Assembly (NCBI GenBank): GCA_043228905.1
Contig: JBHGNT010000003.1
Span: 25,048,001 to 25,112,000, forward strand
DNA from: Azolla caroliniana
Lineage: Eukaryota; Plantae; Polypodiophyta
Reading direction: 5' to 3'
DNA length: 64,000 nucleotides
Shown: positions 25,501 to 38,402 of the stretch, piece by piece
Position numbering within the stretch: position 1 is the stretch's first letter
Layout: each line of letters begins with the position of its first letter
The notes under the pieces: model-generated
What the model was told of the DNA's origin: nothing
The model's input: the letters and a program-made list of their open reading frames with translations, nothing else
Databases searched by the model: none
Position numbers and translations under genes: made by a program

Positions 25501-27189
25501 ATTTATTAATTTGGAAGAATGAGGACTTGTTGTTTTGCAAGCTCTAAGTTTTGCTCCATTTGGAATTGCACAAGGTCATCCCTCTCGTCCACATCCATCA
25601 TCGATTGTAATTGTCTATATATTAGCATTAGTATTATTTGTGATGCAAAGGCCGAGTAATTGAATGGCTCGATAACATAAATTGGTTGATAAATTGAATC
25701 GAGCAATTATGCCTAGGCTTTTTCATATGTTATTATTATTATTATGCTTTCTTTTGTATTTTCTCTCTTTATGTTTCTTGCTTTATTATTTGGATTATAG
25801 TTTCTTGTACAATGCTATGGCATATACATGCATAATATGTTATTTCAAGACAATATATTACAAGAAGTTGAGAACCCATGAAGAACGGATACAAGTAGTT
25901 GAGAAACCCTGAAGACCCTCACATATACCCATGCAATACGCATACGCATTTTCTTTTGGAGCCCTCAACATGACAAAAAACCTTTCTTCTGTAGAATTTT
26001 GTGAAGTTGTCAGCACAAAACATCAAACAACACTATTCACGTATAGAATTTCATTATTGAACAAGCAAGTTACAAGCTTTTGAAGTTGGATATATTGCAC
26101 ATCTATGATTATTGAGTACAACACTACGATGAAATAAACATTAATGTCATACTAAGAATGGTTAGTGCAAGAGGGGAGCAAGTGAGAATATAAGCTCAAG
26201 ATAGATGTAATAATATTATCATTAGGTTTGCAAATTAGATTGCCTTATATAGGCTCACATACAAGAGGTAAGGCCTCATTTAATGAGGTCACATGAGCAT
26301 TGAATGTTATAATGGGGCCATGCGTTTTAATGGAGTAGCATCTAGTGCTCCACTTGCCTTTTCTGTGGGATTCTCTCGTAACTCCTTTTGACCATATTTA
26401 AGATTGAGTTCTTAGGGGTTTAGAAGAGAAATAGATGTTAGTGGGTATTGTCAGAAGAAGCCAATGCAAAAGTTTCATGAGTGTGACATGTGTGAAATCA
26501 CAAAATACTCTTATGGGATCAATGCAAGACCACCCGCAAAGTAGATAAAATTCATCTCACAACCATGTATTGTAGAATGTTGTGCTCTCACATAGCCTAC
26601 TTAAATCCAATGTTGAACAAGCTATCCGAGTTGGCTACCGTAAAAGTATAGGTGTTAACTTCCTTGGTTGGTGAAATAGACCAAGAGTCTATGAAAAATC
26701 ATCGCCCTCTAATGTTTGAATCTTCATTAGCGACCCTCCTTTACTATAGATTTAACGTGACATAGTAAATTGTAACAATCCAGCTCTAGCTACAGAATCT
26801 CAAACATACACTCTTCACAACTATACGTAAACACAAGCTTGATAGTCTATAATAATACATCAATCGTGGCTCTCCATGAGCAACCCTTCTGGAATATAGT
26901 GTAAGTTGTGATGGATAATGCTAGAGTGTGAGTAGGCTACTACCACATACGAGTTAACACTTAGGCATGTATTGGATGCTAAGGTTGGCACACCCCCCAG
27001 ATTGCCTTGCCTTTCGAGTAGGGACAACATCAAAATGGCGAGAGCTTGACTTGGGAGTGTTAGAGGGCCTTGTAAATACGATAGAGATAGGCTTGTAGGA
27101 AAGTAGAGAGACATGAATGAGATGAAGTATTATTATCTCTGGTGGGGGCAGACGATTTCAGACTGAGCTATAGTATAGGGTTGCAACTA

Positions 27190-27613
27190 ACGTGTTCAAA
27201 GCGGAGTGGGTGGGTGCTGTGAAGAGAAGGAATGTGGCTAGGACACGCTTAGGACAAGCCGTGGCTAGGAATATCAATGTTATTTTCTTCTTCGGATGCC
27301 TCTCGCAATGGTGCGTGGATCAACAAGTCTTCACCTGAACCTAGAACCCGAACCCGGACATGGGCATGTGAGCGCACACCTGCGCATGCACATTATGTTT
27401 TTTTTTTTTGTGTGTGTGTGTGTGCAAATTATTTTGCTTTTTCTAAGAAAGAAAGAAAGAAAGAAAGAGATTTAGCTAATGTGAAGCATAATAATATGTA
27501 TGTTGTGGCAAACTGTAAACAAACAGGTGGCATATCTGCATGTCCATGGAAGCAAATTGAATACATGATTAACCAAAATGATTCTTCTTCTTCTTCTTCT
27601 TCTTCTATATAAA
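27190..27613 (+). promoter_or_regulatory. Putative LEA promoter with ABRE-like ACGTGT, RY element CATGCA and TATA box
   Basis: ACGTGT at 27190-27195, CATGCA at 27385-27390 and TATATAAA at 27606-27613, upstream of the ATG at 27794. Short motifs, so function is inferred from context. Confidence 0.5.
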
Positions 27614-27793
27614 GAAACAGAAAGCTTCTCTCCCTTTGCTCTGTCTTAATCCCTTGCATTGCTTTTTCTGGATTGTTTTGTTATCTCTATTTCTAGTGTT
27701 TTTTCTGATTTATTTTCTTCCCAAGATCCTTCCTTTTGTGTGATCATTATCTGCTCAACAGAAGAAGAAGATAGAAGAAGAAGAAGGCGGTAA

Positions 27794-29288
27794 ATGGCGT
27801 CAGAATCTGCTTCCCAGAAAGCTCATGAGACCAAAGAGTCTGCTTCCCAGAAAGCTCATGAGACCACGGAGAGTGCTAAGGTATCTTTTTCTTCGTTTTC
27901 TTAATGGTAAATTTCAATCCTAGCTAATTTTCATGGAAACCAGCTTGCTCCCCCTTCCCTTTTGGATTTGACATGTCAAATCCATTTTTCCTGGGATAAT
28001 GATAATATGTTGGGAGGATGGAAGGTTTAATCTACATATATAGATCAATGAATTGAGTCGATCATAGGGCACAGATCTCATGGGGGATTTTTACTGCATG
28101 TGTTATGATGAAGGGTGTGTCTGCCTGTCTGTTATGTGTGCTGTAGAAAAATCTCTTTTTTCCCACAGATGTATGTAGAAAGAGCTCTCTTTTTTCCAAT
28201 AGATGTATGTATATGTGTTATATAGAAAGCTCTCTTTCTCTTTTTATGTCCAATGGTTCATATGTATGTGATTGTGGTTGTTTTTGTAGGAGAAGGCTTC
28301 TGATGCTTCAAAGATGACCCAAGAGAAGGCCACGGAAGCGAAAGAGGGAAGCAAGGGCATGGTCCAATCAGCTCAAGAGAAGGCATCAGAGACGGCACAA
28401 GCTGCGCAGGCCAAAGCATCGGAGACGGCACAGGCGGCTCAGGAGAAGGCCGAGCAAGCCAAAGAACAAACTGGAAGTGTGTTGCAACAGGTTCGAATGT
28501 TAAATCCCCTTAAACATACATACAAAGAATTAGTATGTTTAAATCCGGATTAAATTGCAAAGAATCTTGTTACAAGAATTAATCAGAATTAAGCTGCAAA
28601 GAATTTATCAGATTTTTTTGTTTAAATCCGGATTTCACTGCAAATAATCTTTTTGTTTGAAGAATTAATCAGAATTATTTTGAAGAATTAATCAGAATTA
28701 TTTGAAGAATTAATCGGAATTTAAGCTGCAAAGAATTTATCGCATTTTTTACTGATTAAATTGCAAAAGAATCTGGGTTCAAAGTATTAATCAGAATTAA
28801 ATGGGAAACAATCAATCCGGATTAATCTTTTTTTAGTACAAAGAACTAGCAATGTTGCCTAATTTGGGTTTGAAGAATTAATCCGAATTAAATTATTGCA
28901 AGTCTTGGGACTTAAATCATCCAAATCCCAAAACCCTAAACCTAAATCCCATTATATGTCTTTTTGAATATAAGGAACACATTAATCTTTTTTTTGAGAG
29001 AACAATGAATTAGTATGCTACATGTTGTGAATGTATAATATAATAAAATGGGTTTGAAGAATTAATCCGAATTAAATTATTGCAAGTTTTGGGACTTAAA
29101 TCATCCAAATCCCATTATATATAAGGTATCTTTTTTTTGAGATAACAAAGAATTAGTATGCTACATGTTGTGAAATGTATAATGTAATAAAAACCTGCCT
29201 GATTCTGGCATGATAGGCAAGCGATAAGGCACGAGAAGCCGTGGAAGCCGTGAAGAGCTCTGTTGGAATGGGTGGAAACAACCCTTAA
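27794..29288 (+). CDS. Late embryogenesis abundant protein, group 3 (LEA_4-like), about 119 aa, 3 exons
   Basis: Exons 27794-27880 (MASESASQKAHETKESASQKAHETTESAK), 28290-28490 (EKASDASKMTQEKATEAKE...EKASETAQAAQAKASETAQAAQEKAEQAKEQTGSVLQQ) and 29217-29288 (ASDKAREAVEAVKSSVGMGGNNP*). 11-mer A/K/E/Q/T repeats, GT-AG introns in phase 0. Confidence 0.92.
28540..29190. repeat. Degenerate GAAGAATTAATC(A/C)GAATT repeats and a ~150-bp duplication in LEA intron 2
   Basis: gaattaatc-type motif at ~28576, 28662, 28685, 28706, 28874 and 29059; the block tgggtttgaagaattaatccgaattaaattattgcaag...gctacatgttgtgaa is duplicated (~28865 and ~29049). Confidence 0.85.
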
Positions 29289-32200
29289 AAAAAGAAGAGA
29301 AGAAAGTGTGTCCGGCACCAGAGAAGGGTACTTTTTGAAAATAAAGGCTCCATGAATCAAAAAAACATTGAAACAGATTTTTATGTGAGATTTTCTTGGG
29401 AGCTATTGAAAATATATACATATTATCACTTGGATTATAGTATTTTGTTTTACTTTTCAGTTTGGAGTTTAAATAAATAATGGCATGTAAATTTGGGAGT
29501 AAATCATGATATTGTGAATGAAGCATAATAGTTGGAATGGAATTTGTGATATTTTTTTCTATTGTTACCATACATATCGTGGCACGTATCCTAAACCTTA
29601 ATCTCTACTTTAAGTAGAAGTGATTGTGGAATGAACCCTAAACCTTTAATCTAGAGAAGTGATTGTGGCATGAATCGTAACCTTCGTGACCGTAACCTTC
29701 GTGACCTAAACTTGGAAACTCTAAACCTTGAATGAAGTGGAAATGATTTGTGGCACAAACTCTATTGTGATTGCTCACTTTCACAGCAGTCAAATAAGTT
29801 CATTTTTACACTTGAAGCGCTAAAACCTTTAAAAGATGTGACGAGGCTTTGTTGCTTCATTTATAAATGATGTTTTCTTGTAGCCATTGCAAAGTGGCTT
29901 GTAACATATGAGTTGTATATTATTCTATGTACTTTTTCTTAACTAATGGAAGTAGAATTTTTTTGGAAAAAGAAGTGCTCAATCACTTCTATGTGGCGAA
30001 AATGTGGCACGCACCCTAAACCCTAAACCTTGAAAGGATGTGGGTAAATTGCAAATTATTTGTCGAGAGAAATGTGTGGGTGCTTGTCAATAAAGTTTGC
30101 TTGTAGAAATTGAATATCGTATTGTTAATTTATTGTTTACTTGTTTTCCCTTTTGAAGAAATGTCAAAAGACTTCATTTGAGGTCAGCAACGTGGACTCT
30201 CTACCTCAAGTAGGGTTTTACTTGCATTTTCTCTTATTTGTGGTGAAGTTTTGGTATCTATGTTTAAATTCAATTCACTTGTCCACTCGGATTAATTTCA
30301 CTTTGAGGGACTTTGTATACGTTCCTCGAGAGCTTTGTTAATTTCCAAGAGCTTGTAATTAGACTTCCATTGAAAGCAAATCATTAGCATGAAGAGGCAA
30401 TTGTAGTGTTGATGAGCGAATCAACTATGTAAATGTTGAAGAACCAAATTGTTTGCCATCTCTTTATTCTCGTAGCTATGCTTGTTGCTTTTTTATTCTA
30501 AACTATGCGTGGATGTTGATGTACAAATCGGGAAAAACTGGTTTCCTAAATCTCGAAGGGTGACTTTTTAAAACAATTGTTACACACCAATGACCAACTC
30601 CTCACACCAATAGTATCCAAAATTTTGTATGGTGATTCAATAGGCTATAAATTGTGGGATGGGTTAACAAGTTGCGATCCTCCGTTGAGGCTTGATCATT
30701 ATGATGTAACATTCAATTGTTACATTGGATGCTCAAGACCAAAAGAGGCAACGATTTTGAAACATGGGGTAGTTACAAGATATTCCCCTAAGTGTTATTG
30801 GAGCTTTCATTTGATTGTGTATAACATTCTGTAAGAGGATACAATCTAGGAGTGAATATGACATATGTTTTGTCGATGACTTTTGTGCATGCATATGCAA
30901 ACAATACCATGTGTTTGATTGTCCATGGTTTGGAATTTGACATCCAAAAAGTGTGACAATTATTTGGGGTGTATTTATTGATTGAAAAATGTAAAGAGCC
31001 GAGTATTCATACTCTTTGCTTGTCTAATAAATTATTTTAGCACGCTATTGTGACAATTGGTTATGGCCTACAACAATTAAAATACAAAATGCCCTAGTAA
31101 CATTGGAAACATCAAAGTTACCCTCATGGAGAAAAGGTAAAACAATTAATGTTTCTCAGTGACAATCCATTGTAATTAATCGAATTCTCTCAGCTTTAAC
31201 GTCAACTCTCACGTGTTTTACAAGTCTCACATTCACTATGTCTTTTCATTTCTTTTTCTTTGTAATACTTGGACATATACTAAAACAACACGACAAATTA
31301 CAATACAAAAAAAATAACTCTTGGTATCCTTACTCCAAAGGATATTGAGGATATTCTGGGAAGGTGTTTAAACAATGTAAGGTTATGTACAACTAGCTTG
31401 ACATCTTTGTAACTTTCTCTTTCAAATCATAACTCACATGCTTGATTTGAAAGAGAGAGGGAGAGAGAGAGAGAGAGCTATGAAGCATGTAAGTTCAAAT
31501 GTGAAAGGGAGTGGAGTGTAGTGTCATGATAATCTATCATGAAACTACAGTACCCTTACGTTTACCATTTTTCCTAGCATTAGTAACGTTAATCTTTTTT
31601 ATAATGCCATTGTTCCCGTGAATAAGCAACATACTTTCTATTTCCGTTTGATTATTTTGCATATGAGTGAGTTTGTTGTGCTAATTGCTTATCATTTTAA
31701 GGGGAAAACCATTTAGAGTGTAACGTAGATTTCGTCTTTGGCATGCTTGAGTCTATGAGTGGTTTGACCCATAGTTTGTTTAGAAATTTTTCGTAATTAG
31801 GGTACAATTTCAGGCGGTTTTTACCTCACTAAATAGAAACATTAAATTACCCATTCATCACTAAATATGCATCTCATGTTGAAATGTGCTCAATTACATA
31901 AACCTGAAGACCATGAAGCATTGAAGCATTTAAGTTAATTGTTTGTGGTTGTCATATGTTTGGTAGATGTTTCCAAAGAGCATGTGTGCATTTAACCAGT
32001 GTTGGGTAACGTGTTTTTAAAAATCAAATATTTGTGGGCCATTTGAAAGCAATATTTGTTTCCCAACAATTGCCAAGGCAAAACAATGTTTACCTGTATT
32101 GGTTGTTCCACTAGAGGACACTTTTTATTCAATTGTTTTCCATTGATTTGGTTGATTATATTTATTTATATTGAATCTTGAACTTTGGCCATAACAAAAG

Positions 32201-33748
32201 AATGATTGTACTCATATCCAAAAGGATAACATGTTTAGCTCGGTGAGGCAAAGATAATGTATATTACATTCATGTGGCATGGTGATTGACATAGTCACCA
32301 ACCAACATTATCTTATTAACCTAATGCAGCAAACCAAACTAATGAGGATGATAAATTTTATGCACAACTCACAAGATTGGTGTGGGTAATACAAGAAGCC
32401 TAAATTATCTTGGCAACAATTATCATCCTCATATGTTGTAAGGCCAAGGTATTGAGTTGTAATGGAAGTTAGTGGGGAGGAATAAAAAAGAGCTTTAGAA
32501 TCACTCAGCTTTGATCCTTGCAAATGGATACAAAGGCCAATGAAACCATGTTACCATGTTTAGGATGGACTTCTCTTGGAACTTATAACATTTAGTTCTC
32601 TATGTCTATGTGTTAACTATACTTTGGAAGTGCTAACTTTAACAATGTGATGCATTGTAAGGCATGATCCCAAGGATCCTTTGTTTCATAAACACCTCAC
32701 AAGAGAGGGAATTGTGTCTCGCATAATAGCTAAAGAGCTGATGTTCCATCAAGCTAATCATCAAGTGCTCAATTTTTATAGCTTTCAGTAACATATCCAT
32801 GCATATGTCAAATAAAAAGGCAGAGTGAAATAAACAATCCAGAGGCTCTCCGTCCCTGAACCAGCATACAATATTGACACATTTATCACAAAATTAAGTT
32901 TACCAACAATGAGTAAAAGTCTAAATAACTAAACTTACCATCTACCTAACTTTATTTCTAGATTTGTAACGTTTATTTGTTCCAACCACCCATTAAGATT
33001 GAATCACACCATAGTAAAGTTTCTTGCAACAATCCTTCACTACATTTTAACTATAAATAAGCTTTCTAGATAATGTAGCTGAAAGCCAACAACCATTATC
33101 CACCATACATGTAATGCATATATACTATCAACAGAAAATCAAAACTGAAAACAACATGAAGAGCATTGGATGATTGGTCTAAAACAACATCCCCATGTAT
33201 AGTGTAGAAATAGACACGTTGACTTAACTGATATATACCAGAAAACAGAAACAGGTATCTAAATCAAAACTCCATATAGAAAATGACGAAACAAAGGGCA
33301 TTCATTACAGATGAGTTGGCCATTTTTTCAACTTCTTTAATATGATAAGTTTGTTTGTAGAGGGGGAAACCAAGAAGATGGTCTATATATATATATGGTT
33401 TCTTGAAAGCCTATAATAAATGAGGGTGGAAAAAAAAACAACAAAATAAAAAAGGCAGAGCATTTCTGGATTGCAGACGATAAAGAGACCATCAAAAAGA
33501 CAAACGAAATAATAATGAATGAATGAGTGGGAGAAAAAAGAAAAGGCAACAAAGTTGTGTATGAACTGGTCATGAGTCTTTATCATTAGGCCTATACATA
33601 TGGTTTGGTGTATAACAGCTAACATCCAGCCCAACAATCACAGAAAGAATCAAATCACAGTAAGAAAAAACTAAGCATCCAAATCTATATATGATTAATT
33701 AATTATATTGCCCTTATTTTTAATCCAATTCAATCATTAACATTCTCC

Positions 33749-33751
<3 letters not shown>

Positions 33752-33801
<50 letters not shown>
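33752..33801. repeat. (ATT)n microsatellite
   Basis: Directly visible. Confidence 0.95.
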
Positions 33802-33805
<4 letters not shown>

Positions 33806-35866
33806 AGCGGATATACTCTTTAAAAAAACAAAATCACATATATAGATGTCTTCCATCATAATAATACATAGAATTCTCTATCAAATTCCTCAATAGAGAT
33901 TATAGCTTCAATTCCAATCATACTTACTAGTAATAAGAACAATCATATAACCAATTCCTTGAGCTCATCCATCCCATACAGAGAAAAAGGAAAGAGGAAG
34001 AGAGAAAATGGTTGTTGCTCTTTAGCTAGAAAGTAAAAATACAAAATAATATTTAATCAAATGTATACCAATCCCCATTTTACTGATGATCAGTCAAATG
34101 ATCTTTTTTGTCCTTTGAAAAGTTTTCTTCATGATAGAAACAAATTTCTTCGAGAAATTGATCGAGTGTTTCAAATTGCAATAAGAATATTACTTGAAGC
34201 TACCTGCAAAACAACAATAATAACAATGCCATGAGAGAATGAATTCCGTCAGACCAGAATTGATTTGAACAAGAGCAATTGGGAAGAAAAAACCCCAAAT
34301 ACCCCTGGATGAATCAGGTATGTACTTGAGGGAATCAGAAAACTTGAGTGTTGAGCGTCAAAGCTCTCATTAGCTTCTTCTTAAGCCCAATATTGGGTTG
34401 CATTCAAGATTATATATTATAAAACCTTCTGTTCTAAGCATCAACAAAACAAGAAAGAGTTCCCGTCCTGTGCTTGATGGTAGCCCAATATTGGTTTGTA
34501 TACACACACACACACACATATATATATATCTTAAAACCTTCTGTTCTATGTTTCGACAAAATAAGAAAGATATTGCCCTTCCTGGGCTTGTATGTTATCG
34601 GAGTGTAAGGATTTTCAGAACAAAATGCTTTCAAAACTTTCCAGCTATGAAAAACTAGAAAGTACACACCTGAAGTTCAATTCTTGTTCTAAGCCATTAA
34701 TAAAAAAGGAGGATCGAAAATTTTAAACATACACAACATGGAGGGTTTTCTAATGTAAGTATCAGGCTAATTTTTTACATTGTTCAAACTTTCTCAAATT
34801 GAGAAACTCAAAGTTCGAGCAGCATGGGCTCAATTTCATCTCATATATATCAAATTCGATTTCCCATTATCAATCAATTTCTCTCTCCCTCCCTCTCTCA
34901 AACACCATATATTTGCAAGAAATCAATGATCAAGAAGTAACTACAACAACACAATTTTCAAGAGAAGAGACAGTAGAACAAAGGAAGGTGTACAGATTCT
35001 TGCACTCTATGAATTCTCCATACTACTATACATATTTTCAAGAAAATGATGTTTGTAGGAATACAAGAAACTGTTTGAGAACTCTGGATGGATTTAAATA
35101 CATTTTCTGACTCTCATGAGATCTGACAATTAAAAAAACAATTATATAAGAGATTGTAATGATGCAGAAATCATTATATCCCATGAACTGAAGATCAAGA
35201 AATTTGATTCATCATGTTTAAGCAACCAAACTCTTTACATGTTCTCCGTGCAGATTCACACAATTTCAACATACAATGTTATGCACCTAATAAATATACA
35301 GAATCTAAATAGCGTTCTCTTTTATTCTGTCTAACACTACGTCATGGGTTCAGATCCATAGTTACAGACATCTTCCTTAAAACATATATCATTTCCCCTA
35401 AAATATATGCCAAACAGTTGACACAACCATAATCTCAGCCGTCTCTGCTAGGTTCCAGGATTGTTAGATATGCAATAACTATACAGAATCACATTGTACT
35501 CTCAGATCATGACAAAGAAGAAGGGATTCGAAAATTAAATACCAGTGTAGGCTACACAGAAACTACACCTAGAATAAGAGTTCAGAAGTTAAATACATGC
35601 GAGAATTATATAGAATCTACACTGTACACTCAGGCATTATCAATTGAAGATAGGAAAGACAGATTTGGATATGCAGGGAAACAAAAAAGAGGGATTTTCA
35701 AGAAAATGAAGAACACGAAGAGAAATTTAACAAGACAAGGAAAACAATCTCAAGGAATCGAATGATCAAAAGAACATAGATATTTGAATACTATGGAAGA
35801 GTGGGAACAATGAAGGATTAAGCAAAGACCTTCTAACAACGAAAGATTAAGCACAGACCTTAGTGT

Positions 35867-37904
35867 TTAACTGGTGTCCCTGGCACACCCGGTAATTTTT
35901 GTGCATCCACGCGTGTAGGGATTGGCTGTTCCAGACCCACGGCAGTTGTAGTAGGAGCGTCCTGCTGAAGAACAAGGCACCCGATTTGCAGAGAGCGCCC
36001 CATAGCTTATATAGCTCGATGTTCCTGGCCAAAACGAAATAAAAAACCAATAACCAATATAAGGGAATCAAGACAAAAAAACAAGCAGAAATTTATATTT
36101 GAGTCAGATTTTGCTTCTGACTATGGGAACCAATAAACCAGAGAGCACCAAGGAAGAGAAAAGGAAAATATATATAAAAAAACAGATTTGAATCAGCATT
36201 TCCCTCCAAAAACCACAATGCCAGAAAGAAAGAAAAAAAAAAAAAAAAAAAATTGAACCAGACTTTACCTCAGAAGAACAAAATATAGGAGAGAAAAATG
36301 AAAAAGAAAACAATATATCTTCATATACATTAGCCAGAATTTGCCTCAGAAGAACTAAATGCCAGAAAGAAAGAAAAATATATTTGAAAAGGAGTTTGCC
36401 CCAGAAAATCAAACAGAAATAATGAAAAAAAGAGACAAGTTCAACGAGAGTCTATCTCAGATGAACAGAATGCGAAAAATAAGCACTCCGAGTTTGATTC
36501 AGAAGAAGAATGAGAATACAAGAAGGAAAGAAGGAAAGAAAACAGTACCGCTTTAGGCAGAGTTTGCTTAAGAAGAACACGATGCTATAAGGAAATAGAA
36601 AATTTTGAACCAGAATCTGCCTTAGTAGAACAGACAGCAAGGAGAGGTGAAGTTATCGAAGGAAACACCTCAGAAAAACAATATAGAAGTAGAATAATGA
36701 AAATGCAGCATCTGTAAAGAAAACGTCGGAAAACTATACAAAACCGAAATTTCGTTTTTCAGAGAGAATAACAAAATTAATAACAAAGGAAAGATTTAAT
36801 TTTAAGACTATGTAAGATACACCTCGGAAAGAAAACGAACTAGAAAACCACACATCTCAGAAACAAAATGATAATGGAGAGAGAATCTCATCTTAGAAAA
36901 ACCAAAATCCGATACTGCCTCAGAAAAATTATATGTAGAATGAAAGCTCCGCTTCCAAAGGAAAACGGATCTGATATTGATGAAGAAAAAGAAGGTCTGA
37001 GCTCAAGCGGAAATGTCAGGAAAATGACAAAGGAAAAAGAAGAACAGCAAAGATGGATCGTGGAGGAATCATCGAACTCGAAGAAGACGAACAGCAGAGA
37101 TAGATCATCGAGAGTCCATCGAAGAAGAAGAAGAAAGAAGGATAATGAAAAGCTCCTTCTGAAAATGGTGACGAACAAGAAGAAGAAGAAATATAGTAAA
37201 GAGTAAATGAGTGGATAAGAGAGGAAGAAAAAGAACAGTTAACCTTGATAATGGAAGCTTCAGGGTTCCCAGAGAAGCATGTTACGTAGTGATAATGATG
37301 AGGCTGAAGCAGAAACAGAAATAATGAAGACTAGTAATAAAGATGGACGGTTTTTAGGTTACAAAAACTCTTTGGAAAAGAATAATCACAAAGTGATGAA
37401 GAAGATAACTAAGGAAAATAAACAGCATTGGCAGTAGTAGTCGTATTAGTGGTAGACGAGAAAGAAGACAAACTGTAAAGCAGAAGCATAGATCGATAAT
37501 GGAAGTTTGACAGTTCCTTCCAAAGAAACAATGTTCACACAATGAGGAAGCTGATGAAGACATCAGTAATAACGATTGATAATGGAAACTCCGTCAGTAA
37601 AAGTAAAAATGTTTTGGGAAGAAGAAATCGAAACTGAGAATGACAAAAGATGAAATATGCTATAATTCTGAGATCTAGTACCTGCAAGAATGCGACGATT
37701 TACTTCAGAATCCACCAGAAACTCAGATCCGAAGTCACAATGTCCTCCCAGAGAAGAATCGCAAGATAAAGAGGAAGAGGAAGAGGAAGAGGAATGGTAA
37801 TGGAAGCTTGGATCCAGGGTGAGGGAGAGTGACTGAGAAGAAGAGGAAGCAAAAACGACAAGAACCACGAGAAGAGAGAACAGAGGGAAGGAGAAGCGAT
37901 CCAT
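35867..37904 (-). CDS. RALF: Rapid alkalinization factor (RALF) precursor, 126 aa, 2 coding exons
   Basis: Exon 1, 37904-37682: signal peptide MDRFSFPLFSLLVVLVVFASSSSQS ... CDSSLGGHCDFGSEFLVDSEVNRRILA. Exon 2, 36024-35867: GTSSYISYGALSANRVPCSSAGRSYYNCRGSGTANPYTRGCTKITGCARDTS*. Has the RRxL S1P site, the YISY motif and 4 conserved Cys. The phase-1 GT-AG intron restores the frame. Confidence 0.95.
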
Positions 37905-38164
37905 CTCGTTCAAAAAGTCTGTGTTCTCCTTCTATCGTTAGAGGAAGACAATGCTCTCAGAGAGAGAGAGAGAGAGAGAGGAAGAAAAGAGGAAGAAGAA
38001 GAAGAAGGTCTGGCTATGGCGTTCAACTCTGTGTCTGTCTGTCTGTGTCTCTGTGTGTGTATGTGTACGTAGGTGTGTGTGTGTGTGTGTGTGTTTTCCT
38101 TTTCTTTTTTCTTTTTCTTTTGCCTTTTTCTTTCTTCTTTCTTCTTTCTTCTTTCTTCTTTCTT

Positions 38165-38272
38165 TTTAATGTATATGTATATGTATATGTATATCATGTA
38201 TATGTATGTGTGTGTGTGTGTGTGTATGTATAACAGTATATGTATATGTATGTGTGTATGTGTGTGTGTGTG

Positions 38273-38312
<40 letters not shown>

Positions 38313-38345
38313 ATATGTATATGTGTAATGGTGTATGTATTATGT
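38165..38345. repeat. Compound (TATATG)/(TG)n microsatellite upstream of RALF
   Basis: Directly visible; a similar tract lies at 41298-41380. Confidence 0.95.
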
Positions 38346-38402
38346 ATATATGTATTTATGAGAAATGCCCGTAGTAGTAGTACGGTGTACCCTCGCTCGC
38401 CC

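Noticed and set aside
36868-37206. Lys/Glu/Arg-rich 112-aa ORF on the + strand
   Set aside because: It is the antisense of a T/C-rich RALF intron, so the composition explains it.
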